Part shown: in pieces, positions 37,339 through 46,168 of the stretch
How positions within the stretch are numbered: position 1 is the stretch's first letter
Layout of the letters: each line of letters begins with the position of its first letter
DNA from: an uncultured delta proteobacterium
Lineage (GTDB): Bacteria > Myxococcota > UBA727 > VGSZ01
Direction: 5' to 3'
Assembly: GCA_963775425.1 (NCBI GenBank)
Contig: CAVZJB010000011.1
Coordinates: forward strand, 960,001-1,024,000
DNA length: 64,000 nucleotides
The notes under the pieces: model-generated
What the model saw: only the letters and a program-made list of their open reading frames with translations
Databases searched by the model: none
Told to the model about the DNA's origin: nothing
Translations under genes and position numbers: made by a program

Positions 37339-38295
37339 ATGCGTTCACTCTGCTCTCGCCATGTCCTCGCGCTCGCCGTCGTCGCGGGCGGCGTCGCGCT
37401 CGCCGGCTGCGGCCAGGAGCCCGTGCAGGTGGTGAAGAACCGGCCGCCGCTCGCCGTCGCCGGCGCCGACGTCGCCGTGCAGCGCGGGGCGCCGGTGTCG
37501 TTCGACGGCAGCGCGTCGAGCGATCCCGACGGCAGCATCGCGTCGTTGTCCTGGGACTTCGGCGACGGCGTCGGCGGCGACGGCGCGCTCGCGTCCCACA
37601 TCTACAACGCCGGCGGCGCGTACACCGTCACGCTCACCGTGAAGGACGACGACGGCGCCGCGGCCACGGACAGCCTGGTGGTCACCGTCGACGACAACGA
37701 GCCGCCGGTCGCCGTCGTCACCGTCACGCCGGAGACGGCGGCGGCGGGGCAGAGCGTCCGCTTCGACGGCAGCGGCTCGAGCGACGCCGACGGCGTCATC
37801 GCCACCTACGACTGGGACTTCGGCGACGGCGAGGCGGGCGCCGGCCCCGTGTTCGATCACGCCTTCGCCGCCGGCGGCAGTTACGACGTCGTCCTCACGG
37901 TGCACGACGACCGCGGTGCGGAGGCGTCGGCCACGCTCACGTACATCGTCACGGACACGGTCGACTACGGCGGCCAGTGGAGCTGGACCCTCGTCGACCC
38001 CACGCAGCGCGACGGCGGCCTCGTGTGCGGGACGTTCGAGGACTCCATGCTCGACATCCTCACCAGCCCGCCGCAGATCACGGTCACCGAGAGCGCCGGC
38101 AGCACGAGCCTCACCTACGCCGGGTCGCTCGCGGATACGCACTTCGACGTGAGCAACACGCAGTTCGGCATCGTGCAGGAGATCGTCGCGGACTTCGATT
38201 CGCCCACGTCGTTCACCGGCGTGTACAAGATCGATCCCGGCTTCGGCTCCGGCTGCGACGACCGCGCCGTGGTCGGGACCAAGGTGTCGAACTGA
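37339..38295 (+). CDS. PKD-domain lipoprotein
   Basis: Lipobox LAGC and two FDGS.SSD.DG...WDFGDG PKD domains. Confidence 0.88.
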   Translation: MRSLCSRHVLALAVVAGGVALAGCGQEPVQVVKNRPPLAVAGADVAVQRGAPVSFDGSASSDPDGSIASLSWDFGDGVGGDGALASHIYNAGGAYTVTLTVKDDDGAAATDSLVVTVDDNEPPVAVVTVTPETAAAGQSVRFDGSGSSDADGVIATYDWDFGDGEAGAGPVFDHAFAAGGSYDVVLTVHDDRGAEASATLTYIVTDTVDYGGQWSWTLVDPTQRDGGLVCGTFEDSMLDILTSPPQITVTESAGSTSLTYAGSLADTHFDVSNTQFGIVQEIVADFDSPTSFTGVYKIDPGFGSGCDDRAVVGTKVSN

Positions 38296-39227
38296 TGCGC
38301 GCGCGCGTCTGTGCGCTGGCCGCGCTGCTCTCTGTCGCCGCCTGTGGGCGACCCGTGCCGGACCAGGCCAGCGCGCCGCCGGCGGTGGCCATCGTGGCGC
38401 CGAGCGAGGCGTTCGCCGGCGACGACGTCACGTTCGACTCGAGCGCGTCCGATGACGGCAGCGTGGTGTCCCTGCGTTGGGACTTCGGCGACGGCGACAG
38501 CGCCGAGGGCGCGCGGGTGACGCACGTGTACGCCGAGGCGGGCGGCTACGTGGTCGCGCTCACCGCCGTCGACGACGACGGCGAGACCGGGAAGGCCGAG
38601 CAGGTGCTGACCGTCAGCGCGCCGCACCCGGTGGCGTCCTTCGCGGTGTCGACGGCGAGCGCGGCGGTAGGCACCGCGGTGACGTTCGACGCCGGCGGCT
38701 CCCGCGGCCCCGCGCCGCTCGTCCACTACGCGTGGACGTTCGGGGACGGCGACAGCGCGGACGGCGTCGTCGTCAGCCACGCCTTCTTGCGCACCGGCAC
38801 CTTCCACGTCGGGCTCACCGTCACGGACGACGCGGGCGCCGACGACCACACCGCCGTCGACGTCGACGTGGTCCCGGTCGACGTCAGCGGCACGTGGACG
38901 TTGTCGGCGTCGCCGTCGCCGTACGCGTGCGCGAGCTACGCCGCGCCCTTCCCCGAGAGCTCGCTCGTGCTCGGCGCCGACGCCTCCGGGGCGGTGACCG
39001 CCACGGGCGCGTCGGGCCGCGTCTACGCAGGCACCGTCGACGGCGCCGCGCTCTCCCTGCGCGGGACGGTCACGCTCGACGCTGGCTCCTGCGGCAGCGC
39101 CCCCGTCGACGTCGCCCTCGACGCCGTCGTCGACGGCGACACGCTCGACGGCCACGCCACGGCCTACTTCGACCTCGCCGTCGGCTGCCAGTGCTCGGCG
39201 GGCTTCACGGTCCACGGCACGCGCTGA
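38295..39227 (+). CDS. PKD-domain lipoprotein (paralogue of the previous gene)
   Basis: TGATG overlap, lipobox VAAC, two W.FGDG PKD domains and a DVSGTW beta-barrel tail. Confidence 0.85.
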   Translation: MRARVCALAALLSVAACGRPVPDQASAPPAVAIVAPSEAFAGDDVTFDSSASDDGSVVSLRWDFGDGDSAEGARVTHVYAEAGGYVVALTAVDDDGETGKAEQVLTVSAPHPVASFAVSTASAAVGTAVTFDAGGSRGPAPLVHYAWTFGDGDSADGVVVSHAFLRTGTFHVGLTVTDDAGADDHTAVDVDVVPVDVSGTWTLSASPSPYACASYAAPFPESSLVLGADASGAVTATGASGRVYAGTVDGAALSLRGTVTLDAGSCGSAPVDVALDAVVDGDTLDGHATAYFDLAVGCQCSAGFTVHGTR

Positions 39228-39228
39228 A

Positions 39229-39630
39229 AGGCTGACGAAAAACAAGGCTCGTAGCAGCACTCGGCGAAGCCGCCCACAAGGTGGCTCGCCGCGCGGAGTA
39301 CCTGGCGAGGCACGTCGGCGCGCAAGAACCGCTGCAGGTTGTGAGGAAACGGCGGGACGAGCGGTGTTGTGATCCCGCTATCAGCGCACACGTGGCGGGT
39401 TCGTGCGGGTCGTGTGCGCGCCGACGTGCCTCGATGCGACGTCGGCGCGGACTTCAGGCGGTGAGCTTCGCGAAGGCTAGACAACGTCGCCACCGCCGGA
39501 GCTCCTTTCCGCTCCGCCGTGTGGCCGTCGCACCGTCTCCTTCCGGGTGGCTCGGATCAACGGTCCCTCGTCGCCACTCGCGGCGCTCTCGATGACGCGG
39601 ATCCCGATGGATCACGTTACGCGTCAGCCT
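39229..39630. mobile_element. Possible MITE or IS remnant
   Basis: Perfect 9-bp terminal inverted repeats AGGCTGACG (39229) and CGTCAGCCT (39622), with (C)TGA on both outer sides and a non-coding interior. Confidence 0.35.
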
Positions 39631-39762
39631 CTGACTCGGCGGGACGGCGCTTGTCGCGCCGCCACGAATGTCTATGCCGCGCGCCCTCGGCGCCTTTGTC
39701 GCCCCCCCCTTGTGCGGCGCGTCGGACGGCACCGCAACGACGACGGCGCCGGGCTTTCCGAC

Positions 39763-39786
39763 GCGGGGGACAAGCCCCCGCCCTAC
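39763..39786 (-). repeat. GTAG-type REP-like palindrome
   Basis: Minus strand reads GTAG-GGCGGGGG-CTTGT-CCCCCGC. Confidence 0.65.
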
Positions 39787-39795
39787 GGGTGGTCC

Positions 39796-39911
39796 GTGGA
39801 GCCGACGTCGCGAGTGGCACGTCGATGGAGCCGACGTCGCGAATGGCACGTCGATGGAGCCGACGTCGCGAATGGCACGTCGATGGAGCCGACGTCGCGA
39901 ATGGCACGTCG
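39796..39911. repeat. 4 x 29-bp direct tandem repeat, no spacers
   Basis: ATGGAGCCGACGTCGCGAATGGCACGTCG. The first copy has 2 mismatches. Confidence 0.92.
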
Positions 39912-39951
39912 ACGGCCGGCGCCTCGCGCGTCCGGGTGGTACGATCACGGC

Positions 39952-40728
39952 ATGCGACACGCGCTCTTCTTCGCTGCATCGGCCGCGCTCCTCTCCGCAG
40001 GCGCGGGGCGGGCGCAGGACTGCCGCACGCCCGACGAGGTGCTCGCGGGCATCGTCATCCCCGCCGACGGCACGAGCGGCGTCCCCACCAACGTCACGCC
40101 GTTCGTCGGCACCGGCGGCGCGCTCGAGCTCCTGCTCGTCGGCGACGACGGCAACGAGGTCCCCGCGCAGATCGAGGCCATCGCCGTGGGCGAGCCGGGC
40201 GGCATCGGCGTCGGCGCCGCGGGCACCATCAAGCGCATCGTCCCCGCCGGCGACCTCAACCCCGGTGAGAACATCACCGTCGTCGCCGACGGCGCCGCGG
40301 TCACCCACTTCACCGTCGGCACCGGCCGCGACGACCAGGCACCGCTCGCGCCGGACGCCAGCGTCGGCGAGAGCTGCAACAGCCAGGCAGCCGCCTCCAT
40401 CACCGTCGGCGTCGCCACCGACGACGCCGTGCTCTTCGTCGGCGTCGTCGACGGCCAGCCCACGCTCGGCGCCGGCGCACGCTTCGACGGCGCGTCGTCG
40501 GGCAGCGGACAGCTCGTGGTGTTCGGCAGCGGCTCGGCGGACGTGAACGTCGCCGGCGTCGACCTCGCCGGCAACGTCGGCGCGTCCACGCCCGTCAAGG
40601 TGCAGTTCCCCGACCTCCCCGCGCTGTGCGCGTGCACGTCGTCGTCGTCGGGCCCGGGCGCGCTCGGCGCTGCCGCGGGCGTGGTGCTCGGTGCGGTCTT
40701 CTTGCGCCCGCGGCGTCGAGCGCCCTGA
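39952..40728 (+). CDS. Secreted Ig-like protein with MYXO-CTERM-like anchor
   Basis: Signal peptide, PADGTSGVPTN, DLAGN, and CACTS followed by a hydrophobic stretch and RRR. Confidence 0.78.
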   Translation: MRHALFFAASAALLSAGAGRAQDCRTPDEVLAGIVIPADGTSGVPTNVTPFVGTGGALELLLVGDDGNEVPAQIEAIAVGEPGGIGVGAAGTIKRIVPAGDLNPGENITVVADGAAVTHFTVGTGRDDQAPLAPDASVGESCNSQAAASITVGVATDDAVLFVGVVDGQPTLGAGARFDGASSGSGQLVVFGSGSADVNVAGVDLAGNVGASTPVKVQFPDLPALCACTSSSSGPGALGAAAGVVLGAVFLRPRRRAP

Positions 40729-40753
40729 CGGTCGCGGGGCGTCGCCCCTCGCG

Positions 40754-41773
40754 TCAGGCGGCGGCGCCGTCCGAGGTCTCGGCGGGGGCGCGGCGCAGGA
40801 GCGGGTTCGTGAGCTCCGGGATGTGCGCGGCCCAGTACTTGCGAAAGCGCTGTTGCATCTTGTCGGCGCCGACGAGGACGCGGCGGTGCGACGGGTCGAG
40901 GTCGCGCCACACGGGGAAGTAGTCGTCGGTGGAGCCCTCGAAGATCTTCTTGGCGATGAAGTGGCGCACGACGCCGTCGAAGGCGCGCGCGACCAGCGGC
41001 AGCCGCGGCGTGGCCACGATGAGGTGAAAGAGCGTTTTCTTCGCGCCCTGCGGCAACGGCGCCGCGATGAAGCGCGCGATCTTTCGCTCGTTGAATTCCA
41101 GCGTGCCGAAGATGGCCGAGGCGCCGGCGTAGTCGATGGTGGTGCCGACGCGCGCGCCGTTGTTGAGCGTCTGGCGGATGCGAAAGGCCCAGCGGTGCGG
41201 CTCGTCCGCGATCTCGTCGACGTGGCAGTCCACGAAGTCCACCTTGTGGATGGTGCGGAAGTGCTGCAGGTCCGTGGCGTTTTCCAGGATGTGCAGCGCG
41301 TGCGTCTCGAAGCGCTGGCTCTTGTGCACCACGCCCCAGCCGGCGTCGTGCATCTCCGGCATGTCGGGGAGCGCGTACGACGGCGTGTCGCCGTGGTGCA
41401 CCCAGAGCCAGCCGAGGTGCTCCACCACCGGCACCGTCGAGACCTTCGCGGTCGGCGGGATGCGCTCGCCGTCCTCGAGATAGGGGATGCCGGTGCACGC
41501 CCCGGACGTGGAGAACGTCCACGCGTGGAACGGACACACGATCTCCTCGGCGGCCACGCGCCCGCACGCGAGCGACGCGCCCATGTGCGGACAGAAGCGA
41601 TCCATCGCGCTCAGCGCGCCGCTCCGGGTGCGAAACACGACGAGCTTGCGCCCGCACACGTCGGCCTCGAGGAGCCCGCCGCGCCGCAGGCTCCGCGACG
41701 GGGCCACCGCGTACCAGGCGGCCGGGTAGACGTCGGTGGCGAGCTCGTTGAGGCGCAGGTTGCGGGGCTCCAT
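40754..41773 (-). CDS. Rieske non-heme iron oxygenase alpha subunit (KshA/sterol desaturase-like)
   Basis: CPHMG...CPFH Rieske motif and ENATDLQHFRTIH...DD mononuclear Fe motif. Confidence 0.88.
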   Translation of the reverse strand: MEPRNLRLNELATDVYPAAWYAVAPSRSLRRGGLLEADVCGRKLVVFRTRSGALSAMDRFCPHMGASLACGRVAAEEIVCPFHAWTFSTSGACTGIPYLEDGERIPPTAKVSTVPVVEHLGWLWVHHGDTPSYALPDMPEMHDAGWGVVHKSQRFETHALHILENATDLQHFRTIHKVDFVDCHVDEIADEPHRWAFRIRQTLNNGARVGTTIDYAGASAIFGTLEFNERKIARFIAAPLPQGAKKTLFHLIVATPRLPLVARAFDGVVRHFIAKKIFEGSTDDYFPVWRDLDPSHRRVLVGADKMQQRFRKYWAAHIPELTNPLLRRAPAETSDGAAA

Positions 41774-41906
41774 GCGCTCGCGCTGTAGCGACGCGAGGCG
41801 CCGGCGGCAATCCGCGTGCCGTCGTCGAGCGCGCCTGCGTTCGATCGTGCTTCGCAGGCGGCGTCTCACGTGGCCCCGGGGGACCGCCGCGGCGTACGCT
41901 GCGCGC

Positions 41907-44141
41907 ATGGTCGAGGATCCCGACGAGCTCGGTGCCGGGAGCGCCATCGGCGGCTACGTCGTCGAAGGCGTGCTCGGCCGCGGCGGTGCCGGCGTCGTCT
42001 ACGCCTGCCGAGATCCCGGGCTCGACCGGCGCGTCGCGGTGAAGGTGCTGCGCCGCGACGTCGCCGGCGACGAGAACACCGCGCGCTTCGAGCGGGAGCG
42101 GCGCGCGCTCGCCAAGGTGCAGTCGCCCCACGTCGTCAGCATCTTCTCGGCGGGCGAGTGCTCGGCCGGGACGTTCTTCGCCATGGAGCTCCTCGACGGG
42201 CCGAGCCTCGCCGCCAGGCTCGCGTCGGGGCCTTTGCCCGTGGGCATGGCGGTGTCGGTGGCGCTCGACGTCGCGCGGGGGCTGCGCGACGCCGCGGCCG
42301 CCGGCATCGTCCACCGCGACGTGAAGCCCGCCAACATCGTGCTCACCTCGGCCGGCGCCGTGCTCACCGACTTCGGCCTCGCGCGGCCCGTCGTGGGCGA
42401 CGCGCAGATCACGAGCACCGGCATCATCATGGGGACGCCGCACTACCTCGCGCCCGAGGTCATCCGCGGCGACGCGCCCACGGTGAGCACAGACGCGTAC
42501 GCCCTCGGCGCTGTGATCTACGAGATGCTCACCGGGCGCCCGCCGTTCCACGGCCCGAGCGCCGTGGAGATCCTGTCGGCCCACGTCGACGCCGAGGTCC
42601 CGCCGCTCCTCGACAAGCGCCCGGATTGTCCGATGGCGCTCGCCCAGCTCGTGCACCGCATGCTCGGCAAGAACCCCGTCACCCGGCTGGGCGACGCCGA
42701 CGAGATCATCACGCAGCTCGTGATGCTCCACGCCTCCCTCGACGCGCCCGTCGACGACAGCCTCGACGAGACCCTCGACGCCAGCATCAACGACGACGGG
42801 CTCGCGCTCGTCAGCGGCGCCGTGCTCGTCGCCGACGTCGAGGCCGCCACCGCCACGCCCGCCGCGTCCGCTACGCCCGCCGCGTCCGCTACGCCCACTT
42901 CGCCCACTTCGCCCGCTACGTCTGCTACGTCCGCTACGTCCGCTGCGTCCGTTGCGTCCGTTGGCTCCGGACCCGCGGCGGGAGCGCCGCCCGCGGTGCA
43001 GACCGGCGCGCTCCTCATGGACAGTATGCCCGCGCCCGCGATCTCGCGGACGGCGCCGTTCGTGAGCGACCCGCCCGCCGCCGACCCGCCCGAGCCCGGC
43101 CCGCCGTCGCTCGACTCGTGGGTGAACGCCGCGCCCGGGTTGGCGTCGGCGAGCCCGCCGCCGGAGCTGTCGTCGCCGGCGGTGCCCGCGCCGCCGCGCG
43201 AGGCGTCGTCGCCGGCCGCGGAGGCGCGCACGCCCGACACGTCCCCGGGCGCCGTGCCGGAGAGCGCTTCGCTCGACGCCACCGTGCCGCTCGTCGACGG
43301 CGTCGGGCCCCGCGGCGACACGCTTGCGTCGAGGGCCGCGGTCCTGTGGTCGTCGGCGTCGGCGCGGGCGGAGCCGGCGCTGGCGTTCGTGTCGTCGCTC
43401 CTGTGGCGCGTCGCGTCCGCCGTGCGCCCGCTCCTGCAGCGGGTGGAGCCGGCGTCGCGGGCGGCGTTCGCGCGCTTTCGGGCTTCACCGCCGGCGCTGA
43501 AGGCAGGCATGGCCGCGGCCGTCGTGGTGGTGGCCGTCGTCGTCGTGCTTGTCGCGTCCAGCGGCCCCACGCCGCTCGAGCGCATCGGCAAGGGCGATGC
43601 CGCCGCCGTGCTCGCCGACAACGAAGCGCTCACCGACCGCACGCCCGAGGACGACGTGGTGCGCGGCCACGCACTGTTCGCCCTCGGCCGCTTTGACGAC
43701 GCGTTCGCGTCGTGGGGGAAGGCGGCCGAGCACGGCGCCCCCGACGCCTACGCCCGCTCCGCGGCGTTGGCGCAGCTCGACAACGAGGACGCGGCCGCGC
43801 CGGTGCGCATGTTGCGCGACTGGCCGGAGGCCTCGCTCGACGACGACCTGCGCGCCATGGCCAACGGGCCGCTCGGCTGGCGCGTGCATTGGGCGCTCAC
43901 GCTCCTCGAGGATCGCAAGGCCCTCGGCGACGTCGACGCCGAAGCGATCGCCATCAAGGAGCTCGGCGAAGGCGCCACCTGTGAGCGTCGCCGCGTCGGG
44001 CTCGACCGCCTCGGCCGCCTCGGCAAGACCGACGCGGCCCTCGCGGCCATCGAGCACGCGCGGCGCTCCCGCGGCAACGCGTGCATGCGCAGGGACTTCA
44101 GGGCGGCCGCCGCCGAGGTGCGCAGGCGCCACGCCGGCTGA
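41907..44141 (+). CDS. Membrane Ser/Thr protein kinase with C-terminal TPR/helical domain
   Basis: GRGGAG, VAVK, HRDVKPAN, DFG and GTPHYLAPE motifs, plus a TM helix. Confidence 0.92.
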   Translation: MVEDPDELGAGSAIGGYVVEGVLGRGGAGVVYACRDPGLDRRVAVKVLRRDVAGDENTARFERERRALAKVQSPHVVSIFSAGECSAGTFFAMELLDGPSLAARLASGPLPVGMAVSVALDVARGLRDAAAAGIVHRDVKPANIVLTSAGAVLTDFGLARPVVGDAQITSTGIIMGTPHYLAPEVIRGDAPTVSTDAYALGAVIYEMLTGRPPFHGPSAVEILSAHVDAEVPPLLDKRPDCPMALAQLVHRMLGKNPVTRLGDADEIITQLVMLHASLDAPVDDSLDETLDASINDDGLALVSGAVLVADVEAATATPAASATPAASATPTSPTSPATSATSATSAASVASVGSGPAAGAPPAVQTGALLMDSMPAPAISRTAPFVSDPPAADPPEPGPPSLDSWVNAAPGLASASPPPELSSPAVPAPPREASSPAAEARTPDTSPGAVPESASLDATVPLVDGVGPRGDTLASRAAVLWSSASARAEPALAFVSSLLWRVASAVRPLLQRVEPASRAAFARFRASPPALKAGMAAAVVVVAVVVVLVASSGPTPLERIGKGDAAAVLADNEALTDRTPEDDVVRGHALFALGRFDDAFASWGKAAEHGAPDAYARSAALAQLDNEDAAAPVRMLRDWPEASLDDDLRAMANGPLGWRVHWALTLLEDRKALGDVDAEAIAIKELGEGATCERRRVGLDRLGRLGKTDAALAAIEHARRSRGNACMRRDFRAAAAEVRRRHAG

Positions 44142-44145
44142 CGCG

Positions 44146-45072
44146 TCACCGCGCGGCGGCGTCGTCGCGAGCGCAGGGGCGCGCGCCCGCGGTCATCGCC
44201 TTACGCACCCGGGCGAGCGGCGCGGCGTCGTCGAAGCGGACGTCGTCGCCGTCGGCCACCACGCCGAGGCGGCGAAAGAGCGCGTCGGTGTCGACGTCGC
44301 CGGGGGCGTCGGCGAGGCGAGAGTAGAGCGCGCGCAGGGCGTAGCCGCCGGTGGCGTCGTCGGCGACGGCGACCACCCTGGACGCGGCCCACGAGGCGCG
44401 CCCGTTGCCGCCGGCGTCGAGGAGGCCGCGCACGGCGTCGCGTACGCTCTCGCGATTGTCCGAAGCCGCGCGGATGTCGACGTCGACGAGCAGCCAATAC
44501 AGCGCGCCGCCCCAATACGTGCGCGCCCAGCCCGGCGAGCGATCGAGGCCGTGGTCGAGCGCCCCCGGCCGGCCCTTCGGCATCATCGCCAGCCACGTCG
44601 ACCACACCTGCTTGGCGTCGATGCGACAGGCCTGCGCGCGCGCGACGGGCTCGAGGTACGTCGACAAGCCCTCCTGCATCCAGCGGTGGCGCAGCGCGAG
44701 GTCGGGCATGGCCGCGTGGAACATCTCGTGGACCATCACCCAGTCGTCGTCGAGGACGGCCGGCGGCGTGTCGCGCCCGACGAAGACCTTGAGGAAGCGG
44801 CCGTCCTGGTGCTGGCCGAAGTACACGCGGCCCCCGGGCTCGAGGACCACCGTGATGCGCAGGTCGGGCACGGGGAACTCGCCGAGATAGCCGGCGACCA
44901 CGGCCTCGGAGCGCAACACCCAGCGCTCGATCTCCACGGTGTCGAGCGCGCCGGGCTCGCCGACGACGTCGACGACGAAGTCCGCGTCGTGGGTGTGGAC
45001 CTTGTCCGAGCTCACCGGCGCCGTCGCGCACGCCGCCGCCGCCACCGCCGCGAGCGCTGCCAACGGGCGCAC
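44146..45072 (-). CDS. Gluzincin (M61/M1-like) metallopeptidase lipoprotein
   Basis: Lipobox AAAC, MVHEMFH...WMQEGLSTY and TYWGGAL motifs. Confidence 0.85.
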   Translation of the reverse strand: MRPLAALAAVAAAACATAPVSSDKVHTHDADFVVDVVGEPGALDTVEIERWVLRSEAVVAGYLGEFPVPDLRITVVLEPGGRVYFGQHQDGRFLKVFVGRDTPPAVLDDDWVMVHEMFHAAMPDLALRHRWMQEGLSTYLEPVARAQACRIDAKQVWSTWLAMMPKGRPGALDHGLDRSPGWARTYWGGALYWLLVDVDIRAASDNRESVRDAVRGLLDAGGNGRASWAASRVVAVADDATGGYALRALYSRLADAPGDVDTDALFRRLGVVADGDDVRFDDAAPLARVRKAMTAGARPCARDDAAAR

Positions 45073-45074
45073 GC

Positions 45075-45599
45075 TCAGCCCGGATCGACGAGGGTGACGG
45101 CGAGCGTTGCCACGTCGACGTGGACGTCGACGGCGCGCGGGGCGCCGCCGCAGGAGACACCGGTGTGCACGATGACCTCGGTGGCGCCGTCATCGACCAG
45201 CAGGGGGATTGTCACGGTGGTGGAGCTGGCGAGGTCGGCGCCGTCGAAGCCGAGCTCGCCGTCGACCGTGGCGCCCTCGGCCACCGCCTCGGTCGAGAGG
45301 GTGACGCCGCTGAGCTGGCCGCGCAGCGTGAGGACGAGGTTCAGGTCGGCGCCCAGGACCGTCGCGTTCGCGGACAGGAGCTGGTCGAGGTCGGCGCCGG
45401 GAGAGCACACGGCGGGCTCGGGGAGGAGGTCGACGACGCAGTAGCCGAGGCACGCGGACAGAGATCCTGCAGCGCCCGCGAGCGCCGCCCGCTTCGCCAG
45501 CGTCTCCAGCCGCTGCTGCGCGCGCGCGCGCACGGTCGCCGGCGGCGCGGCCGCGGGAGGCGCGGGGAGCACCTCGGGCATCAGCGTCTTCTTCGTCAC
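45075..45599 (-). CDS. Small exported protein B (candidate radical SAM substrate)
   Basis: GTG start overlaps the upstream stop. RARAQQRLETLAKRAALAGAAGSLSACLGYCVVDLLPEPAVCSP is followed by a beta-sandwich ending in TGVSC...RAV. Confidence 0.75.
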   Translation of the reverse strand: MTKKTLMPEVLPAPPAAAPPATVRARAQQRLETLAKRAALAGAAGSLSACLGYCVVDLLPEPAVCSPGADLDQLLSANATVLGADLNLVLTLRGQLSGVTLSTEAVAEGATVDGELGFDGADLASSTTVTIPLLVDDGATEVIVHTGVSCGGAPRAVDVHVDVATLAVTLVDPG

Positions 45600-46168
45600 G
45601 GGGTGACGTCCTCGGGGGCGGGGCTCAAGAACCCGTTTTGGTCGAGGCCGTCGAGGTTGAACGAGATGCGGACGGCGCGCGCGTCGTCGTCGCAGCTCAC
45701 GCCGGTGTCGATGGTGACGTCGGTGGCGCCTTCGTCGGGGTTGATGTTGAGGGTGACGTTGCGCGAGAGCGCGAGGCTCGCGGCGTCGAACTGGGGATCG
45801 CCGGCGAGGGCGCCGCCGGTGACGGTGAAGACGTCGGCGAGCTCGAGGCCCGTCCGGCCCGCGTTCAGCGAGAACGTGACCACGATGGGCGAGCCCGCCT
45901 GCACCGACGTGAAGAACCAGACGCTGACGTCCTCGGTGTCGGGCGAGCACACGGTGGCCGGGAAGCCCGGCGGCGGGCTCGGCACGGGATCGCAGCCTGC
46001 GCACACCGGCGAGACCGCGGCAGACACCAGGAACGCGGCGCCGCCCTTGAGCGCGGTGAGGCGCCTGCGGGCGCGCTCGCGCGGGTCGACCAGGGGTGCG
46101 CGGGCCGCGGCCGGCGCGGGCTCTCCCCCGGGCGGGCGCGCGCGCTTGTCGTCGTCGCGCCCGCTCAT
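45596..46168 (-). CDS. Small exported protein A (paralogue of B, candidate radical SAM substrate)
   Basis: ATG overlaps the rSAM stop. RERARRRLTALKGGAAFLVSAAVSPVCAGCDPVPSPPPGFPATVCSP...GATDVTIDTGVSC...RAV. Confidence 0.75.
   Translation of the reverse strand: MSGRDDDKRARPPGGEPAPAAARAPLVDPRERARRRLTALKGGAAFLVSAAVSPVCAGCDPVPSPPPGFPATVCSPDTEDVSVWFFTSVQAGSPIVVTFSLNAGRTGLELADVFTVTGGALAGDPQFDAASLALSRNVTLNINPDEGATDVTIDTGVSCDDDARAVRISFNLDGLDQNGFLSPAPEDVTP

Noticed and set aside
39796-39911. 29-bp repeats as a CRISPR array
   Set aside because: The units are directly adjacent with no spacers, and there are no cas genes in the window.
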